Below, piece after piece: positions 38,839 to 52,168 of a stretch of DNA of 64,000 nucleotides; the stretch's first letter is position 1, and every line of letters starts with the position of its first letter. The notes under the pieces are model-generated. The model was not told where the DNA came from and made no database searches. It saw only the letters and a list, made by a program, of their open reading frames with translations. Location: NCBI GenBank assembly GCA_024704765.1, contig JAKMXF010000296.1, forward strand, positions 1 through 64,000, read 5' to 3'. The DNA comes from Oopsacas minuta (Eukaryota; Animalia; Porifera). The translations under genes and the position numbers were made by a program.

Positions 38839-40189
38839 ATGATATACTTTATTGTCAGATTTGTATTTCATATAAAATTCATTGCTACTATTCTGATAAT
38901 TTCTATCCTGTTATGAATTTCCTAATATATACTTATTTTTGCTTATCATCCTTATAAAAATTCTGTTTGTGTTATTTTACTGCGCCGGCTATACTATCGT
39001 ATAGTGGTCCAGTTTTTATCTCAGTTCATATTTTGTATTTTCCGTTTTCGGTCTACAGACCACACCGTTCAAGATTAAGAGCTCAAAAAATGTAATCAAG
39101 TTTATGATGATGCGTAAATTTGCATCTTGGTATACGATTTAGATCTGACAAAATTTGACACAATTGTGCTGCGACCAAGATTCTATCCATTATTTCAGAA
39201 AAAATTCTCCAAATTATAGTTTAAGGCCACTGTTAGTTCGAAACATCTTTCATCTCCAGCGCCCGCATCTGATTTGGCTACCGCACTAATATTGTCATTA
39301 TTTCACCATTTACTCAATATATTTCAACTACAAGGTGTATGAACTGGCTAGAGTGCAAGAGAAGTATCTTTTTCATAGTCTATTCTCATATCAAATTTGA
39401 CTTTAGTAATTTTAATATGTTTACGAATGAAGTCAATGAACCAATTTTTCCAGCTGATACGTCACAAAATAATGAGATAATGCTAATGAACCGCCCGCCC
39501 GCACGCATGTTCAGGTGGACCTGATGTGGAACTGTAACAAGTTTCTCATTAACAGTGGCCTAAAGAAGTTTCTATCACTCTTCATTTTTTCTCTATTGAA
39601 TCCTTTGTTTAGGGCTCACACCGCACGGGAGACACATTTTGAAATGATTTTCTTATTCATATACGTAGTTTATACTATTTCTGGGGGGGACTTAAGCCCC
39701 CCTAGCCCCTCCTTATCTACACTCTTGGAAGCTGATCTGCGTTGTTGCTTATTTGTGACCAAGAATAGGAAATTAGTTCATCAAAAACATCTCCAAAAAT
39801 CCTATTAATAATATTCTATTCTATCATATTTCAGAAATTTTTGAATAAATACCATCAAGTTTTAAATGTATAAAAAATTTTTGAATTATAATTACTAATT
39901 CCATGGGTTGGGTCGTGGATACGGTGGCAATCCAGTAATTATGTTGAAAACCCTGATATAGGACTTTTTGACAAGCCTGAATGAGCACAACTTAACACTT
40001 AATAACTTGGAGTTTTTCTCATATTCAACAGATAATCTCTGTCACACCTCATCATGCCACAATGGCATTGAAAATTTTGTGATGCAAAATCTCCATAAGG
40101 GAATATAATATTTGCACTGTCATTGTGGCATAATTAGGTGTGATAGAGATTAATTATTTAATTAAAGGGAAACCCCAACCGTGATTAAT

Positions 40190-40900
40190 GTACTCAACCA
40201 ATTTCGAGTAAATTGATTGGATATTGCTGCCTGAGACCGCTCTACTGAATCCGCATCTCCAGGGAATTGGTTCATAACATAATCGCTGATGTATTCAGTT
40301 GTTTCGTTTTAGGAGACATCATAATATGTGAAGTAATATAATCACGATCATTGTATTTTTCCTTGATATCTCCAATAATATTAGCGGCCAAGTCTCCAAT
40401 AGTTTCACCGCATACTACATACTTAGCATCTAGGTGAATCATGTTAGATTCATTCACAGGTTCAGTGCCTCTGAGAAATTGCTTACTTCTACTGAGTCCT
40501 GTTGGTCTAAACTTTGGAGCCGCAAGTTTATAGTCAACTTCACTTTACATGATGCCAGAGTGGTGATTTATTGATACAGGATGATATCACCTGTCCTCTG
40601 GTACTATGTCGAATTCAGGGAGAATCTGGCGGAAATCTCTTCGAATTACGATCACCTTTCCTCCATATGGTAGCTCACAGGAACAAATATCTCTCAAACT
40701 CCGATCTATACACTCAGCAGCATATCTGTGTGCCATTGGAGCTTCATCTAAGACTAATAGATTCGCGCTTTGTATTAGTTTTGCTAGTTTGATCTGTTTG
40801 GGGATGTTACAAACTGATAGTTCATTTAAGCGAATCGGCACCTCGGAGATATCTCGGCCATAAGAGACAATGCTCCAAATGTGCTGATACATTTATGAAC
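40190..40900 (-). pseudogene. Helitron Pif1-like helicase remnant
   Basis: LLVLDEAPMAHRYAAECIDRSLRDI...PYGGKVIVIRRDFRQILP (helicase motifs II-III), followed by further degenerate helicase-like fragments. Confidence 0.82.
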
Positions 40901-41930
40901 TATTATATCCACTTGGTAAACTTCCTTAAACATTTTCGTTATTTACATTGTGTGAATAAATAGCCGTCAACACATTTAATTAAATAAGAGATTATGTTCA
41001 TAGCAGAGATCCTAATCCAATCCAATCGAGACAATCTTCGATTGTTGATTGGCACATTTCGTATCGATTCGATCGTCGATTGGATTGCTATTTATCGACG
41101 AATTTTCATAGATATATTTGGATTTGAAATTTCTTAAACTAAGATTATAACTTATCTGTATAGTTATCGCTTTCACATGCTGTAAATTAGAATAACATGA
41201 CCATTTTAATTATGCCTGCTACCAGTATGTGTTAAATTGGGAGATGAATATACAGAAATTCTAGTACTGAATTTCAGTATTTTAAAAAGAAATGAAAATT
41301 TTGGGATATTATGAATAGGATGAAAATATCTATTGGATTGTTAAGGAAAAGCAACGATTGCTGAAACCAAGATTCAATTATTCAAATTTGAAGGATTGGA
41401 TTGAATTGGCATCCTTGATTCATACTAACAAATGTTGCTATGAAATATGAGTCCTCATTAATACTTTGGTATCGAATACCGACATCTCGCTACAGCGACA
41501 TTTCGCTACTTATTTGATTGGTCAATTTGACTTATTCTTTTTAATTAAATTATTCCCCATAAATTTAGAAAATGTATCCTTATCCCAGTTGTAGTTTAGA
41601 TTATTGTAAATCCATTCAATATATTGCGTCTAAATTCATTGAGTATCATTTCAGAAGTTCGTCAATCTAATAATTCGAAACAACTGATAATGTTTATACA
41701 ACACTAATTGGAATGTAAACCTCAAGTAATTAGCATCAAATTCTAGAATCTGTAAACATCGTACATCTGTTTTATAAAGTCAATAAGCTTCAAAATTCAA
41801 TAAATACGATAGCTTACTTCCATTGTTCAGATCAGTTTTCTTAAACTAATTATTTATATATTTTTATTGTATTTTTTCGATTTTTTTCGCTAATGGCAGA
41901 GCCTCCTTCTGACCTGATCAACCATTCAGG

Positions 41931-43300
41931 TTGATCAGGACGATCAGAGGAGGCAACAAGATGATGGAGGGAGGCTATATGTATACTGTACAGAGGAGGA
42001 TTGGAGATGGGGTGCATTGGCAGTGCGAGGAGGGGGGAACTTGTAAGTCAAGACTTCACACCAATGGTACAGAGATAGTGAACCGCACGAGTGAACATAC
42101 TCATCCGCCTGACGAGCAGGCTGTGATCTGCTGCGAGACGAAGGTGGGCATCAAGAAGAAAGCGCGGGAGTCCCAGGATAGCGCACACCACATAGTGGGC
42201 GAGACTTTGCAGACAGCATCAGGGGTACTGGTGCTAAACTACCCAAGCTGGACAGCCTGAAGCGGACAATACAACGCCAACGTACTAGTGTACTTGCAGC
42301 GCCAGTACAGCCCCACTCTAGCAGAGCTAGCCCTACAAACAGCATGCCAGCGACAGCCAAGGGGGAACTGTTCTTACTCTACGACTCTGGTGCAGACGAT
42401 GTACACAGATTCCTCATCTTCGGGACACAACGCAACCTCGGGATGCTGCAGCGAAGCAAGATCTGGCTAGCTGATGGCACCTTCAAGAAAGCACCTCCCC
42501 TCTTCGCCCAGGTGTATGTGGTGCATGGACTCCGTGGAGGAGATGATCCTATAAAGACGGGTCATCTGTTACCGAGCTTGTTCATGCTACTGCCCAAAAA
42601 GACGGAGGCTGCCTACCTGAAGATGTGGGAACAGATCCCCTACTGTGTCCACTTGCCCAGCCTCAACAGATGCTCCTGGACTTTGAGAAGGGGGTGATTA
42701 CCAGCTTTGAGCATGTCTGGCCTAACACAGTAGTGAAGTGCTGCTTCTTCCACCTCACACAGAATATCTGGCGACATGTGCAGTCTGCCTACACACATGA
42801 CGAAGAGTTGGCTATGCGCATCCGGAGGATACCAGCCCTTGCTTTTGCCCGACCAGCAGACGTACCTGATCTGTTCGACCAAGTGGCAATGGACCTCCCC
42901 CTTACGCCTGAGATAGGCGAACTAGTCGACTACTTTGAGAGGACGTATATCGGCCGCACACTTGCCACCGGATACCATGTAGCGGCGACGTACCCTATTC
43001 ACCTGTGGAACAATCACATCGGCACGCCCTTAGGACTCCCCCGTACAACCAACGTCGTAGAGGCATGGCACCGCAGCTTCAATGCCACTGTCGGCTGCCA
43101 TCACCCCACCATATTGTAGTTCATCCTCTCCCTCAAGCGTGAGCAGGGCCTAGTGGAGGTGCGGCATGTTAACTACCTTGCTGGGAAGCCTCCAACCAAG
43201 CGGAGGAGGACCCAACGGAGTGAGCAAGCGTTGAAGATTCTAGTTCGTGAATATTATTCTCCATATCGCTCTAAGATGGAGTTTCATTCAAGGTGTAGAC
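41931..43300 (+). mobile_element. MULE (MuDR) transposase with FLYWCH domain, frameshifted
   Basis: GYMY...HWQC...CKSRLHT...HTHPPD (FLYWCH), WLADGTFK, LLDFEKG, CFFHLTQNIWR and RTTNVVEAWHRSFN. A GACATTTCGCTAC-type terminal motif lies near 41480. Confidence 0.9.
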
Positions 43301-43379
43301 ACCATCTCAGTCTGAGAACGGATGTTAATCTTACATATTATTTAGCCCTCAAATAAGTTTGATTTGAGATAATACTTTA

Positions 43380-43860
43380 GATGTTAATCCGCTGCCAGAT
43401 TTGTTTACTTATATTCTTTGAAATAACAATAAATTTACATGTTAATAATTCAAAATTGTGAGAATCGGATTCTGCTTATTCGATATAGTTAGTGAAGATT
43501 ATTGAATTCTATTTACTTGCTTGATAAACACTTTAAATAGGTAGTTATGCGACAATTTCAAAAGTGTATAGCATAAATCCTTCCTTGACAACGGACAAAC
43601 AGACAGACAAACAGACAACCAGACAACAATAAAGTTTAATAATATCTATATTATTAAATCTCAATTGTTGTTTGTTTGTTACAAACTGTGCTACAAAGCG
43701 TGTTGCTCTTTCAAAATATTCAATAATATATATGGCATATATGTATATTTGTGAATTACATAGTTCTAAATATATCTATATTATAATACTCAGAGGGACC
43801 GTCAATTTGGAGAATAATGGATACCGAGTTCATCGCGCAGCGACGAGCCAAAGCCTCTTA
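43380..43860. mobile_element. Two Helitron-like family A copies joined head-to-head
   Basis: The minus copy ends at ~43645 and the plus copy begins TCTATATTATTAAA at 43645. The junction reads TTTAATAATAT-CT-ATATTATTAAA. Confidence 0.7.
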
Positions 43861-43921
43861 TAAATATGTATTGTTACCTCTTAAAACCTGAGAATTATGG
43901 ATCAATTGTTGGAAATGATGC

Positions 43922-44319
43922 CAGGGGTGTATCAACTCATTTTTTTCTACCAACTCATTCATTTTTATTGCACCAACTCATTCAACTCATTCATTTGGAT
44001 GTAACCAACTCATTTCAACTCATTTCAACTCATTCAATAATGAGTTGATTCAGCCAACTCATTATCTAAAATGAGTTGGTTCAATCAACTCATTTCAACT
44101 CATTTCATTAATGAGTTGATTCAGCCAACTCATTATCTAAAATGAGTTGGTTCAATCAACTCATTTCAACTCATTTCATTAAACTATCAACTCATTCAAC
44201 TCATTCATTTGAGGGTTACCAACTCATTCAACTCATTCATTTGAGGGTTACCAACTCATTCAACTCATGTAATTATTTGAGTTGATTTTACCAACTCAAA
44301 ATGAGTTGATACAACCCTG
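43922..44319. mobile_element. hAT-type MITE composed of CAACTCAT repeats
   Basis: TIR CAGGGGTGTATCAACTCATTT / AAATGAGTTGATACAACCCTG with an 8-bp TSD AATGATGC. Internal tandem duplications are present. Confidence 0.92.
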
Positions 44320-44461
44320 AATGATGCTATTCGGTAAACTGAATATAATCATTTCCATGCAGTTCACTGGATATAGCGGAGGTTTGCCGGTTAGCCGGCT
44401 ATGAATGACCATAGATTTTGTAGATAAATAGTTTGTACGGGCCCTGAAGCTACTGCCAGAT

Positions 44462-47400
44462 ATGCTTAAATTTTTTTCTAAATCTATTTTTCTTCCACTT
44501 CTATTCTTTAGAATGATTACGAAATTAAAGACCTTTTCACGACGGACTACTACTCCAACAACTCATATTCTATCTTCTCGAGATTCAATGCAACGTAGTT
44601 TAACTCTTTCTCCGAGCAAAAGTCGTTACAAAACTGGACAGAATGATTGCCATATAATTGATTCTTCTATCCAACCTGAACGTTTCATTAGCACTCTCGA
44701 TTATGTACAAACTCAAACTTTAGATGATGTTTCTGAATCCTACTCTGACAAAGACTTGATCCGTTCGAAGGATGTATTACAATCTAGTAAAATGTGTAGT
44801 TCCCAGTTTCTTGCCAAAGGAAAGTCATATTCTTGCACATCCGAAACATTTCAACCCACAGACTCCACTAATTCATTTACTAACCATTCTATTACGAATG
44901 ATAAATGTAATTTTACCTCTCATGCTCGTCCTTGCTTTAGTCGACATCCTATTTCATTATTAGTTTCATTTAAATCAAATAAACCAATCAAGAATTGCAA
45001 AAATCATCAAACATGTGTTATTTCAAATTCAACAGATTCAAAAATATCAGCTCCCCCACTACCCCTGAGAAAATACCACAATAATCAAGCACGAAAACGT
45101 TCCGCTACTCTTCCAACTCCTACACACATGCCCGATCCTGTTATGCCTCGTACATCTGACTATCGTTTTATTGCTCAACCTCCACTACCACCGAGACGTA
45201 AGGAAATTTTGCCTCAATCCAATATTAATTCTATTTCAGGAAGACAGTTTACGAACTCCTTACCAACCTCTAACCATCTAGACGAGAAGATGATAATGCA
45301 GAATATTCGAGATTTAGTCCGTTATGGTTGGTATTGGGGTCCTATGAACAAAGAAGAAGCTGAAAATAAACTACATTGCACTACTGATGGCACGTTCTTA
45401 GTCCGTGACAGTTCGGACGATCGACATCTATTGACGATAAGTTTTCGCACATCATCCAAAACTTTCCACACACGAATTGAATTTTGGAAAGGAAAGTTTT
45501 CAGTATTTCCGAACTGTCTAGATGATTCTTATGACTCAGTGGGGCAGCTGATTGACCATGCAATGAACCATTGTAAGAATGGAGTATTTTTCTACAGGTA
45601 AGAGAATCATTAATTTGCGATAAAATAAAATTCGAAATCGAAACAAACAGCCGAATTTTAAATTTTCATTCTTCAACGCAATATAATCAGAAGGTATTTA
45701 TATTATAGATTTATATTAGTTTAATCTTTAACCGAATATTGACAGGAAAGTGTGTGATTTGTGACGTCAAAAAGGTGCTAATATCTCGTTTTTTGGTACG
45801 AAAAAAGTCCCAATTTGCGGGTTTTATGTAATAATCTGGCCGGAGCAGATATCATTTTAAATTTCTTTGGCAAAACATAGCCGAATACTTCCGGGAGAAT
45901 GTGTGGTTTATGACATATAATGTGCCAAAATCTCGATTTGGGAGCTGGAATTGGTTGAAAGGAAGTGATAAAATTTAGTATTCCTTTTCATTAGAAACGT
46001 AAATCTTCGACCGTAATCGTTTAAAAGTTTGAAAATCAAATCCTATTGCTTAATTGTCCTTTATGATATCTACTCGCTCTCTCCTTGCCTATTTGACCCT
46101 CCTGGAGTTAGGGTTGGCTCTATCCTTGCCTCACTTCAATTATTAAATACTAAGTTTTAGTTACAAAGCATAAAGTTTCAGTAATTGTAATTGGAATTGA
46201 TTTTAGTTTGGTCTTTCAATTTTATTAATTCACGAGCCATTCTTGGCTTGTCGTTTTGCGCCTCGAGGTATCCTTATTATCAGGGTTACAACCGAATAGT
46301 TCAATATTTGGTTACCAAGCGAATATATTGAATATCAGTATTCTGTATTCGGTTGGTCCAAACCGAATATTATCAGTATTCGGTTAAGCAACTATTCATG
46401 AATACTGATATTCGGTTCGATCGGATTCAACCTTGCTTATTATCTAAATTGATGACCCAAAGGGTCATAGTTCCAGAAATAATATTTACATGAGTTCATT
46501 TCTTTGTATTTAGTTATACTAGCGCGTTTCGCTTGCTCATTCTGCGCGGCTTGCGAACACTTTGTGTTCACATGTGGCTCGATACTTCATGGCTCGAATC
46601 GAACAAAGTATAAAAGTAGCAACATATTCACAATACGTTGTTGATAAATTCATATTTGTAATAGGCGTACTCGATTACCCCTCTATTACTGCTGAAAGCA
46701 AGTTTCTAGGATTAGTTAGAAAATTGTTTACTTTATGCACCTAAAAACAATAAATATTCACAATACGTGGTTAAAATATCATTTTTGGATTCAGTGTACT
46801 TGATTACCCTATATATCTGTTGAGAGCAAGTCTCTAGGTATATTTCTAGATTTCAACTATCTGTTTACTTTATATTCATCAAAACAACAATAAATTTGTA
46901 TATAAAAACCTTTAAAATGCGAAATTCTGATTCAGCGTACTTAGTTACCCCTGTGTAGCCGTTTAGAGCAAACTTGTACATATATATTAAAATTTGACTA
47001 ATTTGTTTACTTATATTCATTAAACAACAATAAATTTACATATGATTAATTCAAAAGTGTAAACATAGGATTCCACACATTATATATATTTAGTCAATTT
47101 TTATTGAATTATATTTATATTTTACTTTCTTGATAATACGTTAAATAGATAGTTATCAGGATTGCGAAATTCGGATTCATAATAGCATACCAGAAATCCT
47201 TTCCTTGACAACTAACAAACAGAGATTTATAGAAACAACAAGTATACTTACAATTTTACGTATGAAAATTCATATTGTGATCGAACAGAGCATATGCGAT
47301 AGATTCTTAATCAAATTTATAGAGTTCGATTTACTTTCTTGGGAAATGAAAAATGATATACACACGTGACTTACGTAAGATATAGCCATTGCACCTGTTC

Positions 47401-50400
47401 ATAAAATGGATCATGTGATACGAATATACAAGGTAACTATGATATTTCAGAAACGGTTCATTTCTGCCCAAATAAATCTATTGCATATTTGTAGAACAAC
47501 AAATTGTCAAGCATGATACGCCAAAATATCTCAGGAATGTGTCACAATATGTGTCTAGTAAGCATTTATTGGTAAAATATGTCATTCTACCTTGTAAACA
47601 TTTAATATTGCTTTCACTTCAAAGTCAATATATTAAATGATCTATAATTAGTTTTATACGAAATATCAAAATTTGTGATACAAAATGTTTCATCCGTGAT
47701 CTCTACTGTAACTCAAGAACGAGGCAACTGTTGTATTACTGAATTTTGATATTATTGTATAAACTATCTACAGATCACAGGGATGGTGTCAATTACATTT
47801 GTTCAATTACCTTATGAATGTACGAAAAAGTTCCAATGAAAATTATTTCAGTAATATTCCCCCTACAATTAATTACAATTACAATAAGTTTCTTGATGCT
47901 TCTGGTCGCTACGCAACAGGGTATACTCGATCTGAATTTTTTTCGGAAATTATTTTATTATCCATGGTCCATACAAATTCGATTTAATGGCCTTCTATAG
48001 TAATACTGGAGATGCTATGTCACTTTTGGTTAGTAACCTGGGCACTTTGTGCCTCGAGTATTATTTAATTCTCAAAAGACCCGAAATTCGGGAAATTTGG
48101 AATTTTTGTACGATCACGTAATAATCCCATAAGGAGTTTGAAATTGTACAAACCATAGCGCCAGGACATTTGGTATATTGAGGGTACCTGTCTTTCAAAT
48201 TTCAATATTCTATCATCTCTATTTCCTGAGCAGTGGCAAATAATGTGATTTCTCGAAAATCCCAGAAGATGACATTAACGTCATAATTTCGTCATAGTTG
48301 TAAATTTTCGTCCAAGACTAGAAATCGTCCGAGCCAGGCCTAAAGTACCATTGTATGCCAAAAATCAGCCCTGGGGATCCTCCAGTTTCATCAATTAATT
48401 ATGGACACGAGAACATATATGTCACACATATTAATTGCGTTTTAATAGTATTGACAGTGGCGTCGTGCTGTATGTTCATGGGAAAGCCGGCCCCCTCAAG
48501 TATTCTCCGATCTCCCATATCAAGGGACCAGAATATGACAACTTTCTGTGCTAATTGCAAATCAAACGTTTTCCTGCGATGGGTTTCGCTTCCTGACCTT
48601 TCTGATTGTTTACAGCACCCATAGACCCTCTCCAGAACTTGTTACACACTAAATTGAATTTGTCAGTTACCAACGGAAAATCAGTATTCGGAATTCGGTA
48701 GGCCAACCCGAATATTATCAGAGTATTTAGGTCGATTTAACCGCATATTTTCAGGATTCGTTTTGCAAACCGAATAATATCAGTAATCGGTTTGGCCACT
48801 ATTCAGGAATACTGATATTCTGTTCGAGCAGTTTCACCTTTATAAAAACGAAATTAATCTATATACAGTCAAACCTGCTTAACGGCCACCTCTGTATAAC
48901 TGTCACCTGTACATAGCGGCCACCTCGAATACTCTCCCGATTTTCCATTATAATGACCTCTGTATAGCGCCACCTGCTCAACGCAGTCAGCGGTCACTAT
49001 TATTGGTCCCTTACTGGCGCTGAACCTGTCTATCACTGCCACTACCTCTATGTATAATCATATTTTCACACCTTTTTTGCATATTATTCAAAATCATGCT
49101 AGAGATTTCGTTTGAACTGCTAGTAAGGGGTATTCAACCAGTACCGGATTAAGGAGTGTTCGGAGTGTGCGGCCGAACAGGGCCCCCACAACTCAATGTC
49201 ATTAATTTTATACACACTGTAATTCTACTTTAATCACTATAAATCTTATACTAGATACCTTTGAGTTGTCCACATCAAATTTCTAGCTATTTTCATATTC
49301 ACTATTATATCTGTCCATAAGCGTCCAGAAAAGCACCCAGGGTGATCTTATAGATTAATTATAGTTATTGTATGTTCATGATATATTTTGTACAACTAAA
49401 TAATTAGAGGTCATGACAAGTCCTGCCATGCTGCCACGGCCGAAACAGGCCTTCTGCTAGGGCGATACTACTTATAGTGTTGAATTTTACATATGCAAAA
49501 TTTTAATACAATAAACACAAGCATTCTAAATTGAGGAATGGGGACAGGTGGGGGCGAACAGTGACGATTTTGAATTGGCTTCCGAGGGTTCGGGAATTGC
49601 CCTCGAACAGGGCCCCCACATACCTATATCTAAATGATTAATCTTATTTCGTTTAAAACTCCTATTCATGGGTCATCGAGCATGTAGGTTCCAAAATTAC
49701 CATTTTCAAATTTATATCTACATTCTTTATCATATTTTCACATCGTTTTGCACATATTTCTGATTTATGGACAGAACATGAAGCACATTAAGAACGATTT
49801 ATATTGAATATCCTGAAATATTTATCAGATCCAGAAGCCCAAAATCAGTCGGGTCCGGTGCATTGCGGCATATACACGGGGGTCAGGGATGCGCGCCCCG
49901 CCTGAAAAGAAGAAAAATACGTAACTCTGTGCTGCACTTCTAGTCTGTCGCCTAAACTTTTTTTATATATCTACTAATAGACTAACTGTTGGCCAAGTTT
50001 GGGTTAGCTCCAATCTGATTCTTTTGGGAACAGCGATTTGGATTTGAGTGGGAAAATTGTCCCACACTCAGTTAACAGCAAAAGTTTACAACGACGGCTG
50101 TAGAAAATATCAATTCGAAAAGTTGGGATTTGTAATTTACAGTATTTTTCTATTTGGAAAGAGAATATCTTAACAATTTAACGCTCGAGTAAATAATTAT
50201 CCAACTTTAACAAACCTTAAAAGGATCCGAGATTTACATAAAACAGGAAATATAAAAGTGGCATAACTTGACTTCATGAAGGGATTGAGTGTGTAATATT
50301 TCAGTGTATTCTTGAAAGATATACAGGTTATAATCTACAAATTTAAAACTATTCTGGGAGAGTCATATTTTGGCACGTTTAAATGACATGGAATATATCA

Positions 50401-51669
50401 TGTGAAATTGAATGATTTTTTGCATTTTTGACCTCATCGACTCCAATATCAATTGTCACATACAATTACATTAGAGGTAATACATGAAAACATGGAATTC
50501 GAAGATCGTATCAAATGGCATGTATGAGAACTGATATACCACAAATTTACACAATGGATGTTGTCTGATTCCTGAAACATACTTGTGTTGCTAACTTGAA
50601 CGACGGGGAATTTTACCTTGATTACGAATATTTGCATAAAATTTAAAAAATCATAGATTGAAGCCTTCAGATGGATTTTAACACCTTCAATATGTGTCAC
50701 TTAAGTTGTCAATATTGTCACCGACACAATTGATATTGGAGTTGCCACTATATCCAAAAATGAATTATTTTGTTGAGGATTAACCTCTGAAAGTGTGAAA
50801 ATTCTATGTTATATTGAAAGATTTTTCCTTTTTTGACCTTATTTACCTACTAGACTATACTAGGTAAATATATCATAATTTGTAATTTAAATGTACTAAA
50901 ATGCCTAGTACCCGTGAACTGCTATTTAGAACCAATGTGAATACCAGTATTGAAGCTTGGCATATTGCCTTTCAATCATCAATATATCCAACTTGGGCAG
51001 TCATTGTTAGAAGCTATGCTTGTGAAGTTGTACACTTGTCCAAACTGAGCTAAGAATGGATTACATTATTACTCCCGTAACAGATTAGGATCTTTAGGAG
51101 GCATAGCAAACAATTTATTTTATTATTTCAGATTTAGTTTATTCCTTTTTATATTTCTATAATTTTATTATCTATTCAAATATTTACAAGTGGTCCCAAA
51201 GTTAGTTTGGTCATTTTCTGTGAAATTTTTGTTCAAATTGTGGTTCGAACCTCTGTTAGATATTAATTAGTCTTTGTTCTCGCATTTGGTTAATGTTCAG
51301 CTCGATAGTGGCTAACATAATAAAGTACTTACATATTATTTGGAAATTATACAAAAAATGTGATGGAAAAAATGATCGAGATAATCGTTTAGTCACACCA
51401 TCTTTATTAATATTCTTTATATTACCCTAGCCTGATACCTTTTCTATTTTTCTTTTCAATATTATTTGTCTTCCTTTAGCCGTCATCATGAACAACCTTC
51501 ATTGGCTCTTCCAGTGTGCCTCATCAAACCACTTTCAAGATTTATGGAGCTTCGTACCCTACAACATCACTGTAGATTTGTCATTCGACAGTACACACGA
51601 TTGGACCTTATTGACTGCCTTGGTCTTCCAACTCGTATCCAAGAATATGTTTGTTTGTCAATATTTTAA
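44462..51669 (+). CDS. SOCS6: Suppressor of cytokine signalling, SOCS6/7 class; exons 44462-45597 and 51480-51669
   Basis: SH2 GWYWGPMNKEEAENKL...DGTFLVRDSSDDRHLLTISFR...TFHTRIE. A phase-2 GT-AG intron gives FFYS-RHHE. SOCS box PLSRFMELRTLQHHCRFVIRQYTRLDLIDCLGLPTRIQEY closely resembles SOCS6. The start could be 44462 or 44513. Confidence 0.92.
46281..46435. mobile_element. hAT-type MITE (3849 family) inserted in a family A fragment
   Basis: 8-bp TSD CTTATTAT and internal ACCGAATATT repeats. Confidence 0.88.
46519..47230 (-). mobile_element. Helitron-like family A, near full-length, in the SOCS intron
   Basis: The minus-strand 3' end is GCGAAACGCGCTAG-T (canonical CTAG). The body matches 24442-25141. 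Confidence 0.7.
47900..48420 (-). mobile_element. Helitron-like family B copy in the SOCS intron
   Basis: Homologous to 14500-14990. Confidence 0.6.
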
Positions 51670-52168
51670 CAATTTTTTATTTTATAATTGGATTATATTC
51701 TTTGAAGAGATATTATTTTAGAGTTCCTGTAATTATCTGATGGACATGAGTATTATGTATCATTATTCGCTTTTTAAATTTGCGTACAAACATATAATTT
51801 CTTTAACTTACTATATATTTGTTTGTTACCTTAGCGTAGTAGTTGGGTAAATTGTACACTCTATGATTAATTTACCATATACTAGGGCCTACGAGAGGGT
51901 GAGGCAGGCGGGCACTGCCCATACCAAGATGGGGTCCATAACCCGAAGGAACCTTAAACCAGTAGCTAAAATTGTCATAAGTGTCATTGATTCTAATTGC
52001 AAATTTAACTCAAAAAGATTGTATCAATACTTTCTTACCGCAATGTGATAAAACTAATAGTGTTATAATCTTATTGCAAAGGCTAGAATCTTGAACCATT
52101 AAAACTTAAATATGATATCAATGGTTTTCTTAACATATTGTGGATAATTATATTGCATAATTGCAATA

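Noticed and set aside
43922-44319. CRISPR or iteron array
   Set aside because: It is bounded by TIRs and an 8-bp TSD, so it is a MITE.
44330-44461. STAT (TTCNNNGAA) sites upstream of SOCS
   Set aside because: No match seen in this interval.
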